DNA of 64,000 bases from Candidatus Peribacteria bacterium (GCA_018652265.1 JABICL010000039.1:7287-71286), one strand, 5' to 3'. Shown: positions 26,487-33,959, counted from the stretch's first letter. Numbers and translations: made by a program. Notes: generated by a model from the sequence alone, not told the origin.

Positions 26487-28259
26487 ATGTGTGGAATCTT
26501 TGGTTATGTAGGAAATAGAAAGGATGCAGGACGCATCGTAGTTCGTGGCATAAAGAGCCTAGAATACAGAGGATACGATTCTTGGGGAGTAGCTAGAATG
26601 ATTGATGGAGATATTTTTATAGAAAAAAATGTAGGAAAGATTGGAGGAGTAAATCCAGAATCATTTTCTGAACTTAGCAGTATAGCGATCGCTCATACGC
26701 GTTGGGCAACACACGGTGGAGTAACAAAAGAAAATGCTCACCCTCATATTTCTTGTGATAAGAAAATTTCAGTAGTTCACAATGGAATCATAGAAAATTA
26801 CCAAGAGCTTAGAGAGGAGCTAAAAAACAAAGGTCATACATTCACATCCGAAACAGACACAGAAATCATATGTCATATGATCGCAGAGAATCTAAAAACC
26901 AGTAAGGATCTTCCAGAGGCAGTTAGAATTACATGTCAGAGATTTGAAGGTCGTTACGGATTTCTTATTATAAACACTGAAACAAATGAGCTAATAGCAG
27001 CTCGAACAGGATCTCCACTTATTGTAGGAAGAGGAGAAGATGAAACCTTCATAGCTTCAGATATTCCTGCATTCATGGAGCACACAAAAACTGTAAATTA
27101 CATAGACGATGGAGAAATGGTAATAACAGACGGAAAAGAAACTCGTTTCTATGAAATAAATTCAGGCAAAGAAATAGATAAAAGAAATGTAGAAATCACT
27201 CTGGATATAGAGGAAGCAAAGAAGGGTGAATACGAGCACTTCATGTTAAAAGAAATAATGGATCAGAAAGATACTATTGCTAGAGCAGTGAACCAAGACG
27301 AAGAACAGATTCAAACAATTGCAAATGCTATTCGCGATGCCCAAGGAACATTCTTATCTGCCTGCGGAACTGCCGGAAAGGTTTGTATGGCATCTGAGTA
27401 CTTCTTCTCTGTAGTTGCAGAGAAACATGTAAATTTCACTCCAGCATCTGAGTTTCCTATATACCATCATTTCTTGGTGCCAGAGAGTTTGCTTATTGTG
27501 GTCTCACAAAGTGGAGAAACTGCAGACGTACTAGAAGCTATGAAAGTCGCAAAGTCTAAGAGGGCAAAGGTTCTCGCAGTAGTAAACTCAGAAGGATCTA
27601 CGATAGATAGAGAAGCAGATTACACATTGCTTATAAATGCAGGCCCAGAACGAGCTGTAGCCTCCACAAAAGCTGCTACAGGACAAATGGCAGTTATGCT
27701 TCTGGTTGCTTATGCACTTGCAGATAAACTAAACGAGGGAAGGGCAGTGCTGCTAGAAACTGCTTCTATGATTAATGACATGTTGAATCCTAGATATATG
27801 GAACACGTATCTGGAATCGCGGAAAATATAAAAGAAGAAGAGAACGTATACATAATAGGAAAAAGTTGGAATTATCCTATGGCACTAGAAAGTGCTATAA
27901 AAATTCAAGAAGTAAGTTATGTTCATGCAGAAGGATTTGCAGGCGGAGAACTTAAACATGGTCCTATAGCTTTGATCCAAAAAGGAACTCCTTGTATTGC
28001 ACTGATCGGTAATGATGAAACCAAAATGGACACTCTAAGTAATACCATAGAACTAAAAGCCAGAGGTGCTCACATAATAGGAGTAGCACCAGAAAATAAT
28101 GAAGTTTTCGATGAATGGATAAAAGTACCAGATGCAGAAACTGCTCAGGCAATAGTAAACATAATTCCTATCCAAGTCCTCGCATATTATCTCGCAATTA
28201 AACGAGGTAAAGATCCGGATATGCCAAGGAATTTGGCGAAGAGTGTGACGGTTAAATAG
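26487..28259 (+). CDS. glmS: Glutamine--fructose-6-phosphate aminotransferase
   Basis: MCGIFGYVG Ntn start, two SIS domains, and the C-terminal LAKSVTVK. A TACAAT -10 box sits 6 nt before the ATG. Confidence 0.95.
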   Translation: MCGIFGYVGNRKDAGRIVVRGIKSLEYRGYDSWGVARMIDGDIFIEKNVGKIGGVNPESFSELSSIAIAHTRWATHGGVTKENAHPHISCDKKISVVHNGIIENYQELREELKNKGHTFTSETDTEIICHMIAENLKTSKDLPEAVRITCQRFEGRYGFLIINTETNELIAARTGSPLIVGRGEDETFIASDIPAFMEHTKTVNYIDDGEMVITDGKETRFYEINSGKEIDKRNVEITLDIEEAKKGEYEHFMLKEIMDQKDTIARAVNQDEEQIQTIANAIRDAQGTFLSACGTAGKVCMASEYFFSVVAEKHVNFTPASEFPIYHHFLVPESLLIVVSQSGETADVLEAMKVAKSKRAKVLAVVNSEGSTIDREADYTLLINAGPERAVASTKAATGQMAVMLLVAYALADKLNEGRAVLLETASMINDMLNPRYMEHVSGIAENIKEEENVYIIGKSWNYPMALESAIKIQEVSYVHAEGFAGGELKHGPIALIQKGTPCIALIGNDETKMDTLSNTIELKARGAHIIGVAPENNEVFDEWIKVPDAETAQAIVNIIPIQVLAYYLAIKRGKDPDMPRNLAKSVTVK

Positions 28260-28367
28260 GTATTTTAGGTACATTAGGTATCGTAGGTAATGTAGGCAGA
28301 ATTTAATTCGTCGTATTAAATTTGTACCTAAATTACTTAAAGTACCTAAGATACATAAAATACCTAA
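28257..28367. repeat. T1: ~110-bp palindrome built from 5 x TAGGTAnnn and 5 x TACCTAnnn units at a 9-bp period
   Basis: TAGG(T/C)A starts at 28257, 28266, 28275, 28284 and 28293. TAC(C/T/A)TA starts at 28325, 28334, 28343, 28352 and 28361. The arms are about 75-80% complementary. The first unit contains the glmS stop codon. Confidence 0.9.
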
Positions 28368-28423
28368 CACGAGCAGGTCGAACCAGTCTGCCTTTCGGCA
28401 GACCGGCTCTTCGCGAATCTCAC
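28364..28423 (-). CDS. Candidate mini-ORF 1 inside the 3' element (19 aa, MRFAKSRSAERQTGSTCSC)
   Basis: GGAGG is 6 nt upstream of a GTG start. The equivalent SD+start+short ORF is present in all three element copies. Coding status is unproven. Confidence 0.25.
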   Translation of the reverse strand: MRFAKSRSAERQTGSTCSC

Positions 28424-28478
28424 GTTTAGCCTCCTTCCTTTGGCTAAGGATTCACGACAGTGTTCACATGTGTTTCGG
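28366..28478 (-). repeat. STAS-unit 3' structured element, copy 1
   Basis: Minus strand: CACATGTG, CGTGAATC, [TTAGCC-loop with GGAGG-GGCTAA], GAGATTCGCG, CCGGTCTGCC-GAAA-GGCAGACTGG, TTCGACCTG. About 90% identical to copy 2. Confidence 0.85.
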
Positions 28479-28844
28479 CTAGAATTCCAGCAACGCCACT
28501 TCGCGATTTTCGTGGATATCGAAAGTAAGATATAGCTTTGTAGCCTTGAAGAGACCTGCGTAGACATCTTCAGAAATTCCGCAAAGTTTGAGATTCTTTG
28601 CTGAGCTTGTTACCCTCTCCAGCTTTTTTTGCAGGGTCATCAGCTTGCCAATAAACACACTGCTTGTTTGCTGAATCACAGAGAAATCGATCAACACTTT
28701 CCTTTTGCCATCCTTCTCAACTAGGGCAAATAGTCTTTCTCCAGCATGGAGAATGAGCGTCTCGTTCGTGAGCTGCTCTGCAGCAGGAGTGACAACTGTC
28801 ACACCATCCACATCTTCAACTTGCAATTCCGCTGTTTCTTTCAT
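28479..28844 (-). CDS. STAS-domain protein (anti-sigma-factor-antagonist-like), paralog 1
   Basis: 121 aa from MKETAELQVEDVDGVTVV. KVLIDFSVIQQTSSVFIGKL resembles the SpoIIAA DxS...S motif. SD GGAGTGGAG upstream. The longer ORF start at 28886 lies in the conserved leader. Confidence 0.7.
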   Translation of the reverse strand: MKETAELQVEDVDGVTVVTPAAEQLTNETLILHAGERLFALVEKDGKRKVLIDFSVIQQTSSVFIGKLMTLQKKLERVTSSAKNLKLCGISEDVYAGLFKATKLYLTFDIHENREVALLEF

Positions 28845-29054
28845 CGCTCCACTCCGTTTACAAGGATCAAAAATGTCCCCCGACACATGTTCACTACAAG
28901 TAGTAAGTCACTATGAAAGCCAAAAATCAATCAGAATCGGGGTAATTTTACACAGGTCGAACCAGCCTGCCTTTCGGCAGACCGGCTCCTTGTGAATCTC
29001 ACGTTTAGCCTCCTTTCTTTGGCTAAGGATTCACGGATTGTCACATGTGTTTTA
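28845..29054 (-). repeat. Conserved inter-STAS scaffold (leader of paralog 1 plus 3' element copy 2)
   Basis: The 3' element is at 28945-29054. The leader core GTGACTTACTACTTGTAGTGAACATGTG and TTGATTTTTGG are shared with 29418-29636. Confidence 0.85.
28931..29002 (-). CDS. Candidate mini-ORF 2 (23 aa, MRFTRSRSAERQAGSTCVKLPRF)
   Basis: GGAGG, then CTAAAC, then a GTG start. Same position as mini-ORF 1. Confidence 0.25.
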   Translation of the reverse strand: MRFTRSRSAERQAGSTCVKLPRF

Positions 29055-29417
29055 CTAGAAGTCGACGAGAGCGTCTTCACGATTACCATCAAAGACGTCG
29101 AAAAACTGTACAAGATTGGTCATTGTGAAGACTTCAAAAACATCTCGCTTCATTCCACAGAACCTCATTTTTCGTGGCTGACCCCGAACCCATTTCTTAC
29201 TGATATTCATCAACATACCAAGGGCAGGGGAACTAGGAAATTCCATATTGCAGAAATCAACCAGAACCTTATTAGCCCCTTCTTCAAACACCGCAGTGAG
29301 CACCGTCCTGACTGACCCGGTCTGTTCGGATCCAAGGAATTGTGGATCCATTATGGTCAATACGGAAACTCCTCCTACCACTTCAACATTGGGTTCAGTA
29401 CTTTGTGTTGGATCCAT
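29055..29417 (-). CDS. STAS-domain protein, paralog 2
   Basis: 120 aa from MDPTQSTEPNVEVVGGVSVLTI. KVLVDFCNMEFPSSPALGML motif. SD AAGGAGTG upstream. Confidence 0.65.
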   Translation of the reverse strand: MDPTQSTEPNVEVVGGVSVLTIMDPQFLGSEQTGSVRTVLTAVFEEGANKVLVDFCNMEFPSSPALGMLMNISKKWVRGQPRKMRFCGMKRDVFEVFTMTNLVQFFDVFDGNREDALVDF

Positions 29418-29636
29418 CTCTCTACACTCCTTTGAAGGAACGATTCGAATATTTTGCACACATGTGCACTATCAAATAGTAAGTCACTCTGAAAGGCAAA
29501 AATCAATCATTATCATGATAATTTTACACAGGTCGAACCGGCCTCCCTGTAACAGGAAGCCGGTTTTTCGTGAATCTCATATGCCACCTCCTTTCGGGTT
29601 GGTTGGGATTCACGGATGTTCACATGTGTTTCGGAG
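29418..29636 (-). repeat. Conserved inter-STAS scaffold (leader of paralog 2 plus 3' element copy 3)
   Basis: The 3' element is at 29524-29636, with the hairpins kept but their sequence changed: CCGGCTTCCTG-TTAC-AGGGAGGCCGG, and CCAACC..GGTGG replacing TTAGCC..GGCTAA. Confidence 0.85.
29524..29580 (-). CDS. Candidate mini-ORF 3 (18 aa, MRFTKNRLPVTGRPVRPV)
   Basis: GGAGG, then TGGCAT, then an ATG start. Only the first ~7 residues are shared with mini-ORFs 1 and 2. Confidence 0.25.
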   Translation of the reverse strand: MRFTKNRLPVTGRPVRPV

Positions 29637-29981
29637 CTAGAAGCCCTCGAGGGCTTCTTCGAGCGTGTCGAAGATGTCGAAGAGCCTGTTTAGCAGGCTG
29701 ATAGTAAAGACTTCAAGTGGCTGGCCAGAAATGCAACAAAATCTTAGTCTACTTTTTGCGTTTTTCGCCCTCTTATTCATTGTAGTGAACTTGCTAAGCG
29801 CTGCAGTATGCAGATACTTGACATTCGAAAAATCTAATATTATTTTCTTTCTTCCATCCTCATCAACGAGACCAAACATTTGATTTCCCATGATTTGAAT
29901 GTTGCCCTCGTCCATAATCTTTTCATCCACAAATTTCACGACAGTCACGCCACCAATTTCCTCGATTTCTATTCTTCGCAT
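29637..29981 (-). CDS. STAS-domain protein, paralog 3
   Basis: 114 aa from MRRIEIEEIGGVTVVKFV. KIILDFSNVKYLHTAALSKF motif. SD ACGGAGTGG upstream. Confidence 0.7.
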   Translation of the reverse strand: MRRIEIEEIGGVTVVKFVDEKIMDEGNIQIMGNQMFGLVDEDGRKKIILDFSNVKYLHTAALSKFTTMNKRAKNAKSRLRFCCISGQPLEVFTISLLNRLFDIFDTLEEALEGF

Positions 29982-30070
29982 TTCAACCACTCCGTTTTGA
30001 AAGGACAATTCGAATATTTCGCACACATGTGCACTACAAGTAGTAAGTCACTACTTGGCAAGTATTACAA
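29982..30070 (-). repeat. Conserved leader of STAS paralog 3
   Basis: AGTGACTTACTACTTGTAGTGCACATGTGTGCGAAATATTCGAAT...ACGGAGTGG is near-identical to the paralog 2 leader. Confidence 0.8.
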
Positions 30071-30115
30071 GAAATATCTTTGGATTCTTATTTGAAAACA
30101 TGCAAAGTATTATTA

Positions 30116-30218
30116 TAGGTATGGTAGGTATTGTACGTAATGTAGGTACAGACTTAATCCTACAAATTAAATGCTACCTACATTACCTACGATACCTACT
30201 GTACTTACAATACCTAAG
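30116..30218. repeat. T2: second 9-bp-periodic TAGGTA/TACCTA palindrome
   Basis: TA(G/C)GTA starts at 30116, 30125, 30134 and 30143. TAC(C/T)TA starts at 30175, 30184, 30193, 30202 and 30211. 30177-30198 is the exact reverse complement of 28275-28296 (22/22). It ends 2 nt before the PBP stop. Confidence 0.9.
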
Positions 30219-30220
30219 CC

Positions 30221-32749
30221 CTATTTCTCATCCGGAGGTATTCCGTAATAGTCAAACAACACCTTAGAAACCTCCTTAAATACCGGTGCAGCGGACTGGG
30301 AGCCATATTCCACAGTTCTAGGACGATCAAATTTTACTATCATTACAAATCTAGGCTTATCTACAGGAGCATATCCAGCAAAAGAGGTAATAGAAGATCC
30401 ACTTCCAGTGCTTTCATATTTACCACCAGGACCAGCTATCTGACTGGTGCCAGTTTTTCCAGCCATACGATATCCATCTACTTTTGCAGCACGAGCAAAT
30501 CCTTCATTCATACCCTTTGTAAGCATTGCAGTTACTGTTGCTGCAGCTTCTTCTGTAATTACTTGTTCCAAGGTCTTTGAATAAACTTCTTCTATAGTTC
30601 CATCCGAATCAATCCAACTATCTATTATTGTAGGCTTCACAAGCTTGCCTCCATTTGCAAGTACAGAGAAAGCAGTAACAATTTGAAGTGGAGTAGCAGA
30701 AATTCCCTGACCATAAGAAGCAGTAGCGAGCAGAGCATCACTCCATCTTCTCCAATCCAAAACATTACCTGGCTTTTCATCTTCAAGCTGAATTCCAGTT
30801 ATACGACCAAAACCAAATCTCTTTATGTAGTTTGCAAAAAGTTTCTTACCAAGTTTTCTAGAGACATGCGTCATACATGTATTTACAGAATATGAAAGAC
30901 AATCCGTCATAGTTACCTCATCGAAAACTCTATTTTCTGCATTGGCAATAATATATTCGTCTATCTCTACAGTACCTTCATCTAAGTACATATCATCTGG
31001 AGTTATCTCCCCCTGATCTATTGCTATAGACATTGTAATAGGCTTAAAAACAGATCCAGGCTCATATATTTCTTGGCTAATACGATTTATATAAGCACCC
31101 ACTCCTATGCGATTTTTATATCTAAGCCAGTGATAATCTCCATCATTTCCACGCTCTAGGAATAGTTCGAAACGATTATTTTCACCTGTATATAAGAAAT
31201 ATCTCTTCAAATCATCTATGTCATAGTACTTCTCTAAATCTAGTAGCTCTTCCTGAAGCTCTCGACTCAAATGAACACGCCCCTCAGGAGTTGCATCATT
31301 CAAATATCCTCTCATTACCAGATCATTAGTTTCTGGATCTGCTATCTCTACTACTATGCTTGGGATCAAATCATCTGGAATATCGTAAGGCTCTTTTTTA
31401 AAAACCAAACTATAATTATTTGCATCCACAAGTGGAGCATTTGCAGCAACTATTATTCTGCCCGTAGAAGGATCCATTACAATTACTTGTCCACTATCTG
31501 CTTCGAACTCATCTACAGCTGCAGAAAGAATATTTTCTACTTTCTTTTGCAAAAATCTATCTATAGTTAGGATTACGCTTCTTCCATCCAAAGCATGGAT
31601 TATACTTTGATCATCTGAAACTATTTGTCCTCCAAAAGGATCAGTAAGCGCACTTATACGACCTTCTTGACCACGTAGATCATGATCGAAAGTTCTCTCT
31701 ATTCCATTTTGCGGTTGCTGATTAATATTTAAAAATCCTGCAATCTGAGATGCTACAGTTCCATCTGGATATATTCTCCAATGTTCAGGAATAAGTGCTA
31801 TTCCACGCAATGGATCATAAATATTATTTGCCGTTTCTTTATCTCCTCTTTTTATAAGCTCCTTTCTCTGCTGCGCAGTACGTTCTATTGATTCTTTCTT
31901 AAGCGATTTTATCCTCTTGGAAAACTCTGGCTTTATCCTTCTCATTATAGGTACATATCTAAGCCTTCTTTTTACTAATCTCTCTCGTATAAATTCAGGT
32001 TCAAGTGCAAGTGATGGAGAAATAATTTTTGCAATTCTGTGACGTTCATACTGAGGAATATGAACCGGATTCGCATACACAAGTTTACTGTTTTCTGATG
32101 CATAAATACCTGGTATACCAAACTCTTGAATTTTTCTTACCTGAACTTTGTTTGCTCCATACAAAAGCGGAATAAAAGATACAAACTCTTCATTTATTCT
32201 TTTAAAAATATCATTTGAAAATTGACCTCTTATTGTTTCTATAGGAAGTATAATTCTATTATTTGATTCACCTTCATCAGATTCGTTTATCTGATTATTT
32301 ATTTCTTTTAGAGGATCAAAGGCTGACTCATAGTACTCGCGAAGTTCGCGTGGACAATCTTTGTCTCCCTCTCTACACAGATTGTCATATTCTGTTATAA
32401 GTAATTCTTCTGCAAGAAGTCTCGAAACTGTACTCTTGTCATCCGTCACAAACGGATCTACATATAAAAGATCGAGAGTTGTATTTGTAGCCAAGATATT
32501 CAATTCATTTGTTTTGCTATTTCTACTAAGAATTTCACCTCTTTTAGCAGGAAGAACAATACCTCCGAAATGCTGTGCGCGAGCTATTTCCTCATATTCT
32601 GCTCCACGTATGATTTGTAGTTCTATAAGCCTTGCTACTATCACCAGAAGTATCACAAGCAAGATTCCATGAACTATCTCTATTCTACGCGAAAACATGC
32701 GCTTTCTATGCGTATCACTCACCTGGGAAGTAGTGCGATATCTCGCCAT
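30221..32749 (-). CDS. Class B penicillin-binding protein (PBP2/FtsI-type transpeptidase)
   Basis: Start set at MARYRTT, before the TM helix. SxxK (SVFK), SxN (SVN) and KTG (KTGTS) motifs. Long insertion-rich N-terminal module. Confidence 0.85.
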   Translation of the reverse strand: MARYRTTSQVSDTHRKRMFSRRIEIVHGILLVILLVIVARLIELQIIRGAEYEEIARAQHFGGIVLPAKRGEILSRNSKTNELNILATNTTLDLLYVDPFVTDDKSTVSRLLAEELLITEYDNLCREGDKDCPRELREYYESAFDPLKEINNQINESDEGESNNRIILPIETIRGQFSNDIFKRINEEFVSFIPLLYGANKVQVRKIQEFGIPGIYASENSKLVYANPVHIPQYERHRIAKIISPSLALEPEFIRERLVKRRLRYVPIMRRIKPEFSKRIKSLKKESIERTAQQRKELIKRGDKETANNIYDPLRGIALIPEHWRIYPDGTVASQIAGFLNINQQPQNGIERTFDHDLRGQEGRISALTDPFGGQIVSDDQSIIHALDGRSVILTIDRFLQKKVENILSAAVDEFEADSGQVIVMDPSTGRIIVAANAPLVDANNYSLVFKKEPYDIPDDLIPSIVVEIADPETNDLVMRGYLNDATPEGRVHLSRELQEELLDLEKYYDIDDLKRYFLYTGENNRFELFLERGNDGDYHWLRYKNRIGVGAYINRISQEIYEPGSVFKPITMSIAIDQGEITPDDMYLDEGTVEIDEYIIANAENRVFDEVTMTDCLSYSVNTCMTHVSRKLGKKLFANYIKRFGFGRITGIQLEDEKPGNVLDWRRWSDALLATASYGQGISATPLQIVTAFSVLANGGKLVKPTIIDSWIDSDGTIEEVYSKTLEQVITEEAAATVTAMLTKGMNEGFARAAKVDGYRMAGKTGTSQIAGPGGKYESTGSGSSITSFAGYAPVDKPRFVMIVKFDRPRTVEYGSQSAAPVFKEVSKVLFDYYGIPPDEK

Positions 32750-32771
32750 ATATGGTAGAATAGAGGGATAA

Positions 32772-33905
32772 ATGAAACAAATACAGACCAGACTCGAAAA
32801 CAAAAAAGGGGATGAATTCCTATCCACTCTTCATGACATAGCAGTCGAAGAGGGGATATCCGATCTCCACTTTTTCCCAAAGAAAGAAAATGTGGAACTT
32901 GGATGGCGTCAGGACGGAATCATGCAGTCGGTATTTACAATGACCCACGAACTATACACTGATGTAGTTAGGCGAATAAAGTTTGCTTCGAAACTAAGTT
33001 TGAATATTACAAATGTTCCACAAGATGGAGAATATGCTTTTGCTCATAACATAAAAGATAGTGATGAAAAACGTGAAGTAAAAGTTCGTGTATCTTCATT
33101 GCCATCTAAATTCGGTGAAGTGTTTACTCTTCGTTTACTTGATCCAAAGAAGGGGATAGTGCCACTTGAAAAACTTGGATTCCAAGCAGACATAGAAAAA
33201 GAAATGAGAGACTTAGTACAAAAGCCACATGGAATTATGCTTGTAACTGGTCCTACTGGATCTGGTAAAACTACTACTCTTTATTCACTTCTATCCACAC
33301 TTGTTGGAACTGGTAAAAATATAATTACACTAGAAGATCCAGTCGAATATCCACTAGAAGGAATAGTACAGAGTCAGATAGACCACAAACATGATTACAC
33401 TTTTGCAAAAGGGCTTCGTGCAATTCTCAGACAAGACCCAGATGTAATTCTGGTAGGTGAGATACGTGACGCAGAAACTGCAAAAACAGCGGCAGACGCT
33501 GCTCTTACTGGTCACATGGTTTTCGCCACTCTTCATACAAACTCAGCTATAGAAAGTATTCCACGACTTCTCTCTATGGGAGTAGATTCTTATATGCTCG
33601 CTCCAGCACTTAGAGGCATCTTGGCTCAGAGGCTTATAAGGAGAGTATGCAAAGATTGTGACGGCAAAAAAGAAAATAACTCCTGCGATACATGTATTGG
33701 CACAGGATATAAAGGAAGAATGACTCTTCCTGAACTTCTTATGATAGATGATGGTATGAGAAATTTAATTCTAGAAGGAGCATTACAAAAAGAACTAGAA
33801 GAATATGCTAAGAAGCACGGATTCAAAACCATGAAAGAGCGAGGAGAAGAAGTAGCAAATCAAGGCGATACGGATATGGCAGAGGTGTCTAGAGTTACTT
33901 CATAA
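32772..33905 (+). CDS. GspE/PilB-family secretion ATPase, short form lacking the N-terminal GSPII domains
   Basis: 377 aa. Walker A GPTGSGKTTT, Asp box, Walker B ILVGEIRD, His box TLHTNSA, and the tetracysteine CKDC...CDTC. Confidence 0.8.
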   Translation: MKQIQTRLENKKGDEFLSTLHDIAVEEGISDLHFFPKKENVELGWRQDGIMQSVFTMTHELYTDVVRRIKFASKLSLNITNVPQDGEYAFAHNIKDSDEKREVKVRVSSLPSKFGEVFTLRLLDPKKGIVPLEKLGFQADIEKEMRDLVQKPHGIMLVTGPTGSGKTTTLYSLLSTLVGTGKNIITLEDPVEYPLEGIVQSQIDHKHDYTFAKGLRAILRQDPDVILVGEIRDAETAKTAADAALTGHMVFATLHTNSAIESIPRLLSMGVDSYMLAPALRGILAQRLIRRVCKDCDGKKENNSCDTCIGTGYKGRMTLPELLMIDDGMRNLILEGALQKELEEYAKKHGFKTMKERGEEVANQGDTDMAEVSRVTS

Positions 33906-33911
33906 ACTTTA

Positions 33912-33934
33912 GTTAATTTTCAATTTTCATTCAA
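33912..33934. repeat. Left inverted repeat bracketing the four-helix-bundle gene
   Basis: GTTAATTTTCAATTTTCATTCAA. Its reverse complement is found at 34406-34442. Confidence 0.85.
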
Positions 33935-33959
33935 ATTTCAATATATAATTTCCAAACTT

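Noticed and set aside
28364-29113. The long minus-strand ORFs 28364..28567 and 28931..29113, with the conserved RESLAK(G/E)RRLNVRF peptide.
   Set aside because: They overlap the STAS 3' ends out of frame, and the equivalent frame in the third copy is interrupted by a stop (…CAT CCG TGA). Only the short SD-preceded mini-ORF part is kept, as a low-confidence observation.
28366-29636. Whether the STAS units are integron gene cassettes with attC sites (a CALIN-like array).
   Set aside because: Each unit carries its own conserved leader and SD, and all cassettes encode the same protein family. I could not find consistent R''/R' core sites: GTTAGGT occurs only at the last copy, where it is part of T1. 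No integrase is nearby.
28257-30223. Whether the repeat/unique alternation in the STAS region, or the T arrays, is a CRISPR array.
   Set aside because: The T units are 9 bp with no spacers. The ~170-220-nt conserved scaffolds alternate with ~350-nt protein-coding segments. This is the wrong size scale and there are no cas genes.
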